A stretch of DNA of 63,390 nt, filler included, from Reclinomonas americana ATCC 50394 (GCA_048213135.1; 18 parts of 18 records of this genome joined end to end with filler, not necessarily neighbours in it), one strand, 5' to 3'. Shown: positions 45,540 to 59,585, counted from the first letter of the whole stretch. The notes: generated from the sequence alone by a model not told the origin. Program-made: numbers and translations.

Positions 45540-47258
45540 TCAATAACAACGCACTCGTGGCTCTTCCAGCTTGAGGCAAAACGTCAGCAGCAGCGCGAAT
45601 ACCAGCGAACCCGACTTGACAATGGTGTAGGCGCTGATGGAGATGTACAGGAGCGACATGTTCGACAGCGAAAAGTCGGCGACTGTCGACACGGCCACCC
45701 AGAACACCTTGCCAAAGTACTCGCGCCACGACATGGACGACGCAAAGTCCTGTACCGCCCACCAGGGAGTGAGTATATCGGTCTATTAAGGAGAGAGAGA
45801 AAATAGGAAACACTCACCGTCTCCTCGCGAAGCGACATTTTGCTTCGTTTCCCACGGGGCGACAGGGAATCGAGCGGAATCTCTTCCTCAGGCACACGAT
45901 TCCTGCCGCCGGTACCACTGGCGGAGCCACTGGCACCATGCCGGCGGCCACCGTCCATGCTGTCGTCGTCAAAGTCGTCGTCATCGTCATCATCATCGTC
46001 ATCGTCGTCCAAGAATTTCGTGTCGTCGGCGTCTGCGTCGTGCACGCCGCGTGCGACAACGCTGTCACGATGGGTGGTGCGCGCAGATGTCGACGCGTTT
46101 CCCGTCGTGCCCGACGAAGCCGGCTGACCGTTCGATGTGGTGGTCGGCGGTCGCGAGCCAGTCACCGAGCCTCGACCCGACTCGGCATCCGACGGCATCA
46201 GCAGCAACTCGCCATCCGACTCGTCGGTCAACGACTGCGGCGCAATGAGCAGCGACGGGCGTCTGCGCATGCTGTCCAGATCGACCTTGTTGTCGAGCAC
46301 GCCGCTTGCCGACAGCGAGGCGGCCAGTGCCAGCGCACCTTCCTCCGTCGGGCTGCGGATCCGACTGCCGGTTCCACTGGTACCGCTGCTCACACTGCTG
46401 CCGCCAATTCCCGACGTGCCCACACTGCTGCCACGACCATCGTCAAACACCACACTGTCGAGCTCAATGTCACCACCGTCGTCATCATCGTCATCGTCGT
46501 CGTCGTACTCGGCATGCGGATCGTGCAGCAACGAGGCGCGTTCCTCGCCTCGCGTGCGTCGATGCCGACGCTTCTTCTGCTGCTGTTGCTGCTGCTGCTG
46601 CTGCGACTGCTGTTGCTGCTGTGGCTGCTGCTGCTCAGCCCCCTGCTTCTGCGGCGACGACGACTGCAGTTTGGCAGTGGGACTGGCATTGATGCTCACG
46701 CCCGCGTCACCCGTCGCCGCTCGCCGCCGCCCACAACTCAACAAACGTCGCCACCACGACACAGTCTCAGCCTCCTCCATCGCCGCCACCGCCAGCACAC
46801 CACGCGTGCTCCATCGCCTCGACGACGACAGCAGCTTTCTCTTTGCTCGCTGCAACTGCCACTGTCGCCGTCTCGCCCGCAGCTTTCGCCGCCGCCACGC
46901 ACGCTGCGCCGTGTGAAGCACCCACGAGAGAATCGCATTCGAGAGCATGTGGAAGAAGAGCACCGTCAACGGGAACCGAAATCCATATGCCGACAACAGG
47001 AATTTCTGTGCGTGCCAGAGAGGGAAAACGTGTGAGTGAGAGTGGAGCTGACACGACGCAGCAGCAGCAGTCATGCGCAACGTTGTATAGCGTAATGCCA
47101 ATCGACGAGCAAAAGTAAAAGAGCACGCAGCCAATGCTCACGAGCATCACTTTGCCGAGGCTCACTGGCGCTGTTTGTGATGCTGCTGCTTGTGATGATG
47201 ATGATGATAAGGAGGCGCCTCCGCCTAGTGTGCCATCGCTCTTTTCCCCTATCGGCAT
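45540..47258 (-). CDS. SLC35C2-like nucleotide-sugar/TPT-family transporter, 3' end in gap
   Basis: YFCSSIGITLYNKFLL..YGFRFPLTVLFFHM ... MSWREYFGKVFWVAVSTVADFSLSNMSLLYISISAYTIVKSGSLVFALLLTFCLKLE. Confidence 0.88.
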
Positions 47259-48674
47259 GGTCGCTCTCAGTGGGGGATGAAGAGTGAGCGTGCCTTCATT
47301 GTCCTTGATTGTCACAAGGCGACGTTTTTCGTTTCGGATTTTGTCGGTTGTTTTGTTTGCGTGTGTGTGTGGAGAGCGCGCGTGAGTGAAAAAGTACGCA
47401 AAAACAGCGTCGCACTGTGTGTGTCAATCAGAGTGTGCGCAAAAAAGCAAGGGAGAGACGTCACAGACCGTTGGACAAGTCCTGTGGATTAAACAAGGGG
47501 CTCTCATGGAAGGAGAGGTGCGTGCCCTCACGTGCTGCTGGCTTTTTTGTGTGTTGAAGTGCTCATGTAATGTGCGCGTGCTTTGTTTGTTTGTGTGTGT
47601 GCAGAAGTCTGGCCTGCAGGAGCTCAAGCGGTGAGAATGAGCACTCATATTCATCGTCGTTGGGATGTGGACAAGCATGTTTTTCCTCCACACCTCATGC
47701 ACTCTCATACGTGTGTGTGTGTGCATGCTCTTGTGCTATGCTCGTGCGTGTTGTGTGTGTTGTGTGCGAGAGAGAGCGTCATGGCACACATGGCACGCTG
47801 TTCGTTTTTTTCCAGTTGTTGTTGTTGTTGAACTGTCGCACAAAACACACACGCTCACACAGGCATTCTCTCCTCGTTCTCACACACACGACACACACTC
47901 CTGTCACACTTGTCTTTTTCTTGTTCACTTTTGTTTGTGTTGCTGACATCGCGCACGCACACACAGACTCTTCCCCGACTTCCATGAGCCCGTGATTGTG
48001 GAGGTGTTTGAGCGCAATGGCAACGATGTAGGACGCGCGCGGGCGGAGCTGTCGAGCATGCAAGAGGCGGACGCGGGAGAGGATTCGGACGATGAGCCCG
48101 AGCAGGTGAGCGTGTATGTGCTGACATGAACAACTGCTGTTGTGTTTTGTTCACTGTGTGATGCAGACGAACCAGCTGCAGGGTCCGCGCCCGGCCCAGC
48201 CGATGCCTAAGCAGCCGCAGGTGCCGCCTCCGAATCCCTCGCAGGATGCAGTGGAGGCGGAGCGCGAGGTCCGCGCCACTCGCATGGTGCGTTGACACTC
48301 TCCTTTTCTTCTTCCCGCTCGTGTGCCAGGTTGCTGAAAAAGGTGCACNNNNNNNNNNNNNNNNNNNNNNNNNNNNNNNNNNNNNNNNNNNNTTAATTAA
48401 TTAANNNNNNNNNNNNNNNNNNNNNNNNNNNNNNNNNNNNNNNNNNNNGCAAGAGAGAGAGTCGAGTGATTGAGTGAGTGAGTGAGGAAAAATGTATTGG
48501 CTGTTGTTTTGTGCTACAATTTGGCAGGGGCCGCAGGGGTCTTGTGCGGGGGCTTTTTATTGCTGACGTCACCCAGCAGAGACAACTCGATCGCACTTTA
48601 ATTTTCCGAAAGTTGCTCCTGTTTTTTGCTTTTAGCTGCTTTTGATTCGTAGTTTGTGGTGAGCAAAGAAAGGA

Positions 48675-49486
48675 ATGATGATGCTCGGACAGCTGGCCCA
48701 ACGCTTCTTCCACACCACGGAGCGCACCCTGACGCGCCACGCCCACGATCCCTTTGAGGACTTTAATCGGATGGCCCGCCAGCTCTTCCGCAACATGCCG
48801 TTCATCTGGGACGACGTGTTGCACCCGACCTCGCGCAAGCCGCTGATCGAGAGCGGCAGCAAGAAGGGCTCCGACAGCGCGCTGACTGCGCGCACTGGCG
48901 AGGATGCCATTCCGTCGTTCCTGCCGGCCGTGGACCTCACCGAGACCAAAGATGCGCTGCAAGTGGTGGCAGAGGTGCGAGATTCTACCGTCGGCGCACG
49001 TTGTGCGTGCTCTGTCTAACGATAGTCCTCCAAGCGCAGGTGCCTGGCGTCAAGCAAGAGGATCTCAAGGTGCAACTCGAGGGCGATGTGCTGAGCATCT
49101 CCGGTCAAATGTCGGAGGAGAAGAGCGATGACGACAAGGATAAGAAGTTTCGCGTCCAGATGCACTTGGAGGCTCCGGCTTGTGCTTGACTCACCTCCTT
49201 GTGTGTGCAGGTGGCATCGATGGGAGCGTCGGTACGGAAACTTTTACCGGTCGTTTGTGTTGCCCGAAAACAGTTGCGCACGACGTGTAGTTGGTGATTG
49301 ACACAATGCTGACCTCCTCCTTCGATTACAGCCAAGCGCGACAACATCTCGGCCGAGTACCAGAACGGCGTGCTGAAGGTCACCATCCCCAAGGCAGAGC
49401 CGACCGAGGCCAGCACGAAGACGCGAACCATTGACGTGCAGTCGAGCAACTCGGGCAAGAAGGCCATCCCCGCCGGCGGCGAGTAA
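48675..49486 (+). CDS. Small heat-shock protein (HSP20/alpha-crystallin domain), 4 exons
   Basis: PAVDLTETKDALQVVAE|VPGVKQEDLKVQLEGDVLSISG...WHRWERRYGNFYRSFVLPEN|TKRDNISAEYQNGVLKVTIPK; the splice phases are consistent. Confidence 0.95.
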
Positions 49487-49619
49487 TCGGTGGATCGCTC
49501 AGCTTGTGTACGACACCAATGTACAGAGAAAAACACACATGCAAACGTACGGTACTACGTGCGCTTTCAATGCAGGTCGCGCACAGAAACAAACAAACAC
49601 ACAAACAGGCAAACACCCT

Positions 49620-50725
49620 CTACTTGGACTTGCGACCTTCGGCGCCGGCAGCGACGGCAGCGGCTGGCGCGGCACCCGCAGCAGCGGCGCGGTTGCCACG
49701 AGCCACCTCCTGAGTCTCCTCAGCAGGGCCCTGCTTGCCGATGCGGCCCATAATGTTGCGCATGCCAAAGAACACCACCACCATGATCAGCATGCTCTGT
49801 ACATGTGAATGATTAGTCGACGGCATAACACACACACACACACACGTGTCGGCACCAGCGCGTACGCAACTCCGTACTTCTCGAAGAACGACTTCTCCGG
49901 CAGAATCTTGGTGCACGTCACAATGTAGCCGGTGCTGTGCGGGCCCGAGGCGGCAGCCGGGTGCACCGAGAACGTGAAGGCATTCTGCGAAATCACCAGC
50001 ACCTCGTAGAACGAATCGCCAATCTTGCCACGCGACGTCCACGCGCGATTCGGCAACTGCACCACTGCATGTGAGCGCGCACATAACAGAAAGAAGCAGC
50101 AGCAGCACGAGGACAACTCGCACCTCCTGGAACGAAAAGTTGACGAGATCAGTGAGTCCGAGCTCATCGCCATCATCGTCCTCATCATCGTGGCTGACCA
50201 CCGCCTCCTCCTCATTGTCATCATCATCATCACTGCTGGAGGTCGCCTTCTTCTTGCCAGCAGCAGCAGCAGCGAGCGAGGCACCCGAGGAGGCCTTGAC
50301 ACGCACACTGCCCGACACATCGGAATCGAACTCGACACGCACAAACGTGCGTGCCACCGCCAGCTCATTCGAGTCGTCGTCGAGCACCGAGAGGAACTCG
50401 TTGTAGACGCCGGAGAGAGCGCCGTCGGCGTCCTTGGTCAGCGTGACATTGCCGGCGACCACATCAATCTCCGTGCTCAAGTCGTCCGCAGAGTACCGCG
50501 AGATGTCGACCTTCCAGTCACTTGTGCACAACACACAAGTGTGAGGCGCAAGGGGCGAGCGCGCGCGCGTGCACAAGCAAAACATGTGTGACATTGTTAC
50601 CCTTGCAACGCGTCCTTGAACGGGAATGTTGATGATCCCTCAGCCGCATGCGAGACGCGCCCGCCAAACAGCGCCACCAGCACAGCACACGACACGAGCA
50701 GCGATACAAGGACAACCGCGCGCAT
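49620..50725 (-). CDS. Type I membrane protein (signal peptide, luminal domain, KSFFEKYG + TM, C-terminal RKSK), probably ER-resident
   Basis: Signal peptide MRAVVLVSLLVSCAVLVALFGG. The juxtamembrane EKSFFEKYG resembles the EMC10-type SFFxKY motif, and the C-terminus is basic. Confidence 0.6.
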
Positions 50726-51481
50726 GACAGACAACAAACACAAACACAATCCAATCATCCGACGGAAGATCTTCGCAATCATCAACATCACACACAATGG
50801 CACTCTCTCCTGCGCAAAAGCGCAAGATTTTTTTGTACTGTTTGCTGGCGGCCTCTGTTACGCACAACTCCTTCTCACACTCTCTCTCACACACACACTG
50901 CTTGATTGCTCACCAGTGTGGGGGTGCAGTTGGCCGGGTTGACACTGGGACTGGTGGCCGTGTATTATGCCACCAAGCTGCAGTACATTGGTGAGTCAGT
51001 GGCAACAGAGAGAGAGTGTGTGTGTGACTGACTCTCTTGCACACAGGCGCGCGGATTAGTCTTGTGTTGCAAGCGTGCATGCCGATGAGTTACCCGCTGC
51101 TGTGCATTCTCATTTACTGGAAGCCCGGGACGTGGTCGGTGTGTGTGAAAGAGGAGCTTTCTCTCTCACCTTCCACTACTCATTNNNNNNNNNNNNNNNN
51201 NNNNNNNNNNNNNNNNNNNNNNNNNNNNTTAATTAATTAANNNNNNNNNNNNNNNNNNNNNNNNNNNNNNNNNNNNNNNNNNNNAAACACACAGCCACCT
51301 GCTCACTCTTTGTTTACAGCGCCACTATCCGCTCCCAGTGGCGGTGGCGGCGGCTACGGCACAGTGGATCCTTACTCGTACACGTCGTCGGCCGACAAGC
51401 GCTGACCTAACCAAGCAACCATCGATCCGTCGACTGAGAGACAACTTGAGACTGCGAGCGAGCGAGAGAGAGTGAAAGAAC

Positions 51482-52464
51482 ATGTTGCTGTTGTCTGTGC
51501 GCACGGCGACTCGTCGCGTCCTGGGTGTACGCTGCCTGGCCTCTGCACAGCAGCTGTCTCCTCCTCCATCACCTCCTCCACAATCACCACCACCACCTCC
51601 AGCATCTCGCTGGTCGCGATTCACACGTGTGCTGCGACTCGACGAGGCTCCCAAGTCTGCAGTGGCGCTGGGCTTTGGCGGTCTCATCCCCTTTGCTGCC
51701 ACAGGCCTGGCTGTCACGGTGAGAGAGAAAAGAGAGAGTGAGTGTGCATCAAGATCACTGATGCGCTCGCGCGTGTAGGTGACCGCAGGCGCACCTCTGA
51801 TGGTCAACCTGCAAAGCACATACGCCGCGTGTATCTTGTCGTTCTTGGGCGCAGTGCATTGGGGTGTGCAACTAAGACCCTCGACAACAGCAGCGAGCTC
51901 TGCACCGCCTGTGTTGACTGTGGTGAGGAGAGCTTCTCTCTGTCCTCTCCGACTGTCTCTCTCTCTGCTGATCCTCTGCCTGCGAGAAGACGAGTGCCAA
52001 GCCGGCTGGTGGACACAAGATGATCCCCGGAGCCAACGCACTGAACCGCCTCAGTGAGCAGTACAACTCGGCGGCGTTTCACGAGAGCGACTTGTTCCAC
52101 TACGGTCTTACATACCTCCTTCCTTCCCTTTCCCTCTCACTCATTCTTCTTCCCCCCCTCTCGCGCAGCCTATGGTGTGGCGCCGTCACTGGTGGCCTGG
52201 ACAGCGTTGCAGTTGCCACTGGTGCCGCGACTGGCGCTGCTGATTGGTGGCTTCGCGGCGGCACTGGTGGTGGATCTCATGCAGACGCGAAAGTTCCCGC
52301 CGTGGTACCGCAACATGCGTGTGTTCCTCACCACGGGTGTCGTGCTGTCGCTCGGTGCGCCGCTCATGTTCTTCCTGTGGATCGAGAAACGCATGGATGC
52401 ATACGAGGTGTCGGGCTCCACCGCCGCTGGCGGCGAGTCACTGGTGCCCGCGGTCGACGAGTGA
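51482..52464 (+). CDS. TMEM69: TMEM69 / DUF3429 membrane protein with mitochondrial-type presequence
   Basis: LGFGGLIPF, YAACILSFLGAVHWG, YGVAPSLVAW, PPWYRNMRVFLT; Arg-rich N-terminus lacking acidic residues. Confidence 0.9.
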
Positions 52465-52688
52465 ACAGCGATGCACGCTCTCGGTGTCATTGGTTCACTC
52501 GCTGCTGCTGCACGAGGCGCGGAGGGGAGATAAAGGAAAAGAGTGGGCACCGAAAGCAACAATGACGTCGGGAGCGGCACATAAAAACAAGAAAAAAGCA
52601 ATGAAGGGAGAGACCAGCTAGACCAACAAAACAACACGAAGGAGAAGAACGACAGGACAACTGGGGAGAGAGTGTGTGTCGGCGCCAC

Positions 52689-52811
52689 TTATTCGTGCGA
52701 CATCAGGCGTACCAGCTCAAAGAGAGCGAGGTTGCCGTTGCCACGCAGGTCGAATCTGTGGAAGGCCTCCTGCACCACGGGGCGCGGGATGTCTGCCAGG
52801 CCGATTTCGCG
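52689..52811 (-). CDS. C-terminal EF-hand exon fragment
   Basis: Reverse strand reads REIGLADIPRPVVQEAFHRFDLRGNGNLALFELVRLMSHE*, with EF loop DxxGNGxLxxxE. Confidence 0.7.
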   Translation of the reverse strand, partial: REIGLADIPRPVVQEAFHRFDLRGNGNLALFELVRLMSHE

Positions 52812-52913
52812 GNNNNNNNNNNNNNNNNNNNNNNNNNNNNNNNNNNNNNNNNNNNNTTAATTAATTAANNNNNNNNNNNNNNNNNNNNNNNNNNNNNNNN
52901 NNNNNNNNNNNNG

Positions 52914-54420
52914 GTGGCTCATACGATCGGGACGGCGGCTCGTATGAACGGGACGGTGGCTCGTATGCGCGAGACTGGGGCGGCGGCGGAGGCGATGCTG
53001 TCCTCTCCCCACGCCCGCCACCTCCCTGCTGCAACTGTGCCTGGCCACGTTCACGAGCGCTACGACGCTGCGCATGTGTGGACGTGCGTGGTTAGCACAT
53101 CGAGATGCGACAGGCACACTCATTCGTGATCAGCACTCAACTGTTGGCGCGTCGCGTGACGGCGGCGACAGTGACGACGCGGTGGCTGCCGATGCCGACG
53201 AGGAGCCCTGTGGCGAGCTGCGGCCCCGTCGATAGTCGTGTGCGTCGTCGTCCTCCTCTCCCTCGGCGGCCAGCTCCGCAGCCGACACACCGTACTCTTG
53301 CATCTCGCGCAACAGCTTTTCCCTGGAACGATCGGCCAGCGTGCGTCGCAACTGCGGAATCTTCGGCGACTGCAGCAGGCGGTACACTTGCATGCGCTGA
53401 TCGTGTGTCGACGGCGTGTCGCGACCACTGTGGGAGAGAGAGAGAGCGTTTGAGGTGAGTGGCGACATGCGCACGACCCCCCCATCCCCTTACAAGAGAC
53501 ACTACGCAACTCCGTAATGGCACGGCAGTCGTGGTACGCGGCAACACGATTCAACACCTCCGTCGGGCTAATGTCGTAGATGAGACCGAGAATGACGGCG
53601 GCCGCCACTCCCGTGCGTCCGTGACCACCCCAGCACGACACGTAGATCTTGTGGCCGGAGAAGGCCATCTCCACCACTCTGCTCATGGTGTTGAGGAACT
53701 CGGCGTCGGGCGCCACGTCGTCGTCGTGAATCGGCAAGTGGATAAAGTCAAAGTCGGACTGCGACAAGCGACGCTCGTCCATGATGCTGAGGATGTCTTC
53801 CACGTACGGTGCGCGCATGGCTCCCTTGTTGATCGAGCGCGACTTGCCCGGTTGCAACACGGCTGCGCATATGCTCAGCAGCGGTTCCACACAGCGAGGA
53901 CGGAAGCAACACACACGTACCGGGGAAGCGCGAATCCTCGGGAACCTCCGACTGCAAGCACACAAACACGCCAATGCCCGTGTCGGCGACCAGCGCCACC
54001 AGATCGTCGCGCTTCTCGGCCGGGTAGCTGCCAACGAGAATGTGATTGCGCACAAGCCAGTTGGAGCGCTCGATCGGACCACGCATGTTCTCGTACGCGG
54101 GCGTGCCCTTGCGTGGCAACTCGGGCGGGAACTTGAGCCCGCGACGGAAGCGCGCACGCAAGTCGGCCATGTTACGCGGCGGGCGCGGTGGCGACGGTGG
54201 CGGCGACGGTTCGCGACGCGGCGCAGAGTCACGCGATTGCTGCGGCGGCGGCTGCACAAACTCGCGTGAACCCGACAACTCCTCATCGTCTGCGCACACA
54301 CACACATGTGAGACTCGGCGACCGGCGACGGCGAATGACAATAGTACACACCATAGGCAGACGAGGGCGGCGACGGCGCAAAGTGCGCACGCTTGCGAGC
54401 CGACAGCGGACGACCATCTT
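52914..54420 (-). CDS. Cys-based protein tyrosine/dual-specificity phosphatase, partial
   Basis: NWLVRNHILVGSYP, FIHLPIHDDDV (acid loop), catalytic YVSCWGGHGRTG (CX5R), and SPQT. Confidence 0.88.
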
Positions 54421-55897
54421 CGNNNNNNNNNNNNNNNNNNNNNNNNNNNNNNNNNNNNNNNNNNNNTTAATTAATTAANNNNNNNNNNNNNNNNNNNNNN
54501 NNNNNNNNNNNNNNNNNNNNNNTCACAAACACAATATGTTCACATCCTGCTTCTCATACACACACAAACACCAAGTGAGTGAAACACAAGACTCGCTCAC
54601 TGCACCCCACGACTTGCCCGTCAATCTTTCTTCGATACTTTGGTGAATGCACTTGCTGAATAACTTGTGCAACAGTGTGAGAACACACGAGAGACTCGCA
54701 CACTGCAACCGTCACTTGCCGCCAAATAAGGAGTGGGTTGATAGAGGACATGATGCTCTGTTGTGGTTGAGGTGGAACAAGCGCACATCACACAATCTCT
54801 ACTTTCCAACTCACTGCACGTGTTTTCCTTCGCGCTCGCAAAAAGGGTCCGTCAATATGCTCTGCTACTTTCCGGCAACACAACACACACACACACAATC
54901 TCTCCGTAGTGAGTTGGACACGCGACACGCAGGAGCAACCGGTGACTTGCCCGATCGATTGACACGCCGGCAATAAAGGCGGAAGGGAGGAAGAAAAAAC
55001 TCTAGGAGGAATCATGCGTGCAACACGGAAAACAAAACAGCTGGAGGGTGGGGGATGAACAAAACAAACACGAAGGAAAACAACAACCCATTTTCCATTA
55101 TCAGTTGCCGCCGACAACAACCTGCTGACGACAGAGAGACACACACATCTCAAACGGACACGCAGCAATCAAGCCCGGCAAAAAAGAACACGGAGATTCT
55201 CACTATTCCACTGCTCACTGCTCCTCGCTCCTTCTCCTCCTTGCTTCCGACACGTAGTGGCACGAGAACAATGTAGCCCCCAACTACAGGTTGTGGTGGA
55301 AATGGGCCACGGCCCAACACTGACGATGCAAGGTGACAGAAATAGACCCCGTGGCTGGATGCGATGCCAAGACCCCGGGTGCGCATCTCTCTCCCACACA
55401 ATCTCACTCCGCCTCTTGCTCCCTCCTCCTCCTCCTCCTTGCTGCCCGCCCGAGTCGCTTCACCGAATAGCACGGAGACCAAAGAAACCATGTCCCATCC
55501 ATCTTCTCCCACGGCCATCTCCTCCTCCTCCCTTCGTCCAAACCACCGTCACAACAGCATCACACGCGACGAGACGAAAAAAACACACGCTCTTGCTATG
55601 TCGATAACGCAAATCCTCGCTGCCGACAGGCGTAAACACAGAGTTGCCAACAGTCACCACCGAACTCGAAATCGACTCGCTCTCTCCATCTCAATCACAC
55701 ACACACAGCGCCTTCTGGAATCACCCACACATGTTTCTGCAGACACGGAAAGAAAAAGTCGCCAAACCCTCGCGCGCGAAAGTCGTCGAAAGAAAAAGCG
55801 CCAACCGACAAAACCGCAATCGGACACGCTCCAAATGGAATCGCATTCGACCGTTGAACCCGCCGCGCCAAATTTCTGTCAACCTCCTCCTCCTCCC

Positions 55898-58800
55898 ATG
55901 GCTGCGCCGATCTTGCCTCGACGCCCAGTGATTGCTGGCGACTACGGTGACTCGAGTGGTGGCGGTGGACATGGCGACGATGAGCTGTACGGTGGATTTC
56001 AGGACGAGGAGTATGGAGTTGCGTTGTCTCACTCTCCTCTCAACTCTTGCACACTCTCACACACTCACTCTTGCGGACGCCCTCAGTTTGATTCGTATGG
56101 TGGTGGCGACGAGTACGGTGCGTACACGGGCGTCGGCACGTCGTATGGTGGCGGCTACCCACCAGGGACAGCTGGTTTGTCGTCTCCCTTTCTCTCTCTC
56201 TCGTCCCTCTCCTCTCTTGTCTGTCTCACACTCGGTGTGTGTGTGTGTGTGTGCAGCTCGCATGGGCACCAGTGTTGGCTTCATGCCAGGCACAGCCATG
56301 TACGGTGGTGTGCCGGGCACTGCAGCGCAATTGTACGGCGGTGCTCCGGGTGGAGAGAGTGCACGCCCTGTGACGAGTGTGCGCGCTGCCGGGTACACGT
56401 CGGCAGGGCCAGCCACTGCCGGTGGTCGCCAGATCTTTGATCCCATGAAGAGTTGCGCTCGGTCTTTGCTCTTCCGTCCCCTTCTCTTTCCTGTCTGACG
56501 TCGCGTGTGAGCAGCCAAGGGACCTGCGCCACCGCTGCAGAAGAAGAGCGAGAACGGACCAGAGGACATGGCCATGGAGAAGGAGCGCGAGGTGCAGGAC
56601 TTGTTGGAGCAGAGTGTGCAGGCCAACACTGAGGTGTGTCACGAGCCCATTGATGTGGTGTTCTTGCTCTCGTCATGCTCAACAATGGAGCAGGGCAACT
56701 TCACTCTGGCGTTGGATCAGGCTCGCGAGTGCGGCAAGAAGGAGCGCCAGTTGGTGCGCTTCCGCGAGCAGAAGGAACTGGCGGAGCAAATCAATGTCGA
56801 GTTGACATACGCAGTCGCCTTCAATCTGGCACTGCAGTACGAGGCCAACAGCATGTTCACCGAGGCGCTCAACACGTACTCGTTGATCATCAAGAACCGG
56901 CAGTATCCACAGGCTGGTCGACTGCGCGTGAACATGGGCAATCTGTTCTTCAGACAGGTGTGTTGGTGCACGCGGGTAGGGGTCTTTTGTTTTTCAATGC
57001 GTCTCACTGCTTGCTTTCGTTGCAGCGAAACTACCCCATGGCCATCAAGATGTACCGCATGGCACTCGACCAGATCCCACAAACCTCACGCAATTTGCGC
57101 TTCCGCATCATGAAGAACATTGGCATTGCGTTCACCAAGACGGGCGACTACCAGCAGGCGCTGCAGTCGTTCCAGTCGGTGATGGAGGGTGCACCAGATC
57201 CACAAACAGGTGCCTCTCGTGTCCGGAGTGAGCGCAAGGCTCCTTGTCTCACCACTTGTTCGTCCACAGGCTTCAATCTGCTCTTGTGCTACCTCTGTTT
57301 GGACGATCCCGATCGGATGAAGCGTGGCTTCATGAAGCTCATCACATCCAAAGTCATGCAGTCGCACGCCGAGATTGTGGATCAGCCAGCCGAAGAGGAG
57401 CAGGAGGAGGAGAACATTGAGGACTACGAGGACGACTCGCTCAAGGACCTGATGAAGGAGCGGTACGTGCCTGTGCGAGTGAGACTCACGTGTCAACTGC
57501 ATGGTACAGCTAACTCACCATACACCACCGCAGCATCAAGGCCGCTCAAAAGTACATGCTGATGGGCGCCAAGCTTATTGCGCCAAAGGTGGAAGACAAC
57601 TGGGAGATTGGCTTCGACTTTGTCATTCAGCAATTCCGCGTGGCATCGTCCACCAACCCCATGATGGCCGACCTGGCCACGGAGATGGAGATGCACAAGG
57701 CGGTGACCTACCTCAACCACAAGGAACTGGAAAAGGTCGGTCTTGCTTGTTGCAGTCTGGTCTACATTGCCGCTCACCTTCTCGTTTGCAGGCCATCGAG
57801 TCGCTGAAGGCATTCGAGAAGAAGGACAAGAAGCTGAAGGCCCGCGCTGCTACCAACCTGTCGTACTTGTATCTGCTCGAGAATGACATGCCAAATGCCG
57901 AAAAGTGGGCCAGTTGCGTGCGACACTCGTGTGATACACCCTTCTCACACACTAAATGCAACCTCTCACGCAATACTGCACGGTAGATCTGGCGATTGAG
58001 GCCGATCGGTACAACGCCAAAGCCCTGGTCAACAAGGGCAACGTGCTGTTTGCGCAGCGCAAGTGGGTGGAGGCCAAGGAGTGCTACTCGGAGGCCGTAT
58101 CACTTGAGGCCGATCTTGTGGAGGCTGTGTACAACCTCGGCTTGTGCAACAAGCACCTGGAGCTGTTCAACAAGGCCCTGCACAATTTCAAACTCGTCTA
58201 CAAGCTCATGCCCAGTTCGCTCGACGTGCTCTGGCAAATGGGTGACATGTTGCGTACCACCGCCGCCACACTGCCGCACCCGCTATGCAGCCTGTTTTTT
58301 TTTTGTTTTTGCTGAGAGAGAGAAAAATGATGTCGCAGCTACGATGTCCTGCACACGAAGGAGATGGAGAATTTGTCGGCCGACGAGGTGGATCGTGAGA
58401 ATTTGGAGAGGAGTCTGGTGCGTATACAGAAGAATGCACAGATACAGGCAGGTGACACCACGTGCACGCTGCTCATTTCTGGCGCGCAGGAATACTTTGA
58501 CAAGCTGCATCACCGCGTACCCACTGATCCAGGCGTCCTGGCGCGCCTCGGTCAGCTGCACTGCAAGACCAACGACGAGGCTCAGGCATATCACTTTTTC
58601 GCCGAGGTACGTGACCCACACCTGCACGGCAGTGTGCCACACCACACGCACTCACACTCACTTCTCCGCCGACAGTCGTACCGCTACTTCCCCGTCAACA
58701 TGGACGTCATCTCGTGGCTGGGCGCCTACTACGTCAAGAACGATCTGTTTGAGAAGGCCATTCAGTTCTTTGATCGTGCGGCGCACATTGAGAGCGACAA

Positions 58801-59344
58801 GCCCGAGTGGCAGCTGCTGGTGGCCAGCTGCTACCGACGTATCGGCATGTACCAGCAGGCCAGGGATGTGTACGAGGAGATTCACGCCAAGCACCCAGAC
58901 AATATGGAGTGTTGCGTCCCTGCTCAGTCACAGTGCCGACCTGCGGCCTGCGAGTGCGCTCACGGTGATGTTGGCAGGCTTGAAGTACTTGTACCCGATC
59001 TGCCAGGACCTGGGGTTGCACAAGGAGGCACAGGAGTATCTGACCGCGTTGCATCGACTCGAGGAGCGGCAAAAGGATCCAGCGCGCTTCGCACCGCCAC
59101 CAAATGCCGACAACCCAAAGTCAGCGGCCGCCGCCAGAGGCGCCGACCCGAGCGAGGAGCCGGCACTGAACTCGCCGCGTCGTGCCAAGGAATTTGGCCA
59201 GCAGCCTGCCAGTTGCGCTCACTAATGCTATGTTCCTCTCTCTTGTTAACGTTGACTCACGGTTGTTTCGCAGCAATTGGTGGTGGCCGCGGTGGCGACG
59301 ACGATTGGGGCGACGATGGTCTCGACGATCTTTTGCCCACGTAA
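55898..59344 (+). CDS. IFT88: Intraflagellar transport protein 88 (TPR)
   Basis: DDELYGGF, ARPVTSVRAAGYTS, EALNTYSLIIKNRQYPQAGRLRVNMGN, AIKMYRMALDQIP, ALVNKGN, SYRYFPVNMDVISWLGAYY, WQLLVASCYRR, C-terminal DDLLPT*. The start codon could be at 55835. Confidence 0.97.
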
Positions 59345-59585
59345 TGAGAAGGGGGGTGCAGGGAGCCTTTTTCGATGGCAAAGGAGCACGACAAGAGAAT
59401 GAAGCGTTGAGTATGACGGCGTCCTATCAGTATCGTCCCACACACAAGCCGGCAAGTGAGAGTCCGACTCGAGAGTCCTCATTCGTTGCTCATGGATACA
59501 CCACCGCCACCCACGCCTGTGTCTGTGGACGCGCGTCGTGGTGCGTGCTCACAAAACATTCTGTTTCGCGCCTTATCTAACGAGA

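Noticed and set aside
48564..48571. TGACGTCA (CRE-like) upstream of HSP20, and possible heat-shock elements
   Set aside because: A single 8-mer is not significant and no clear nGAAn array was seen.
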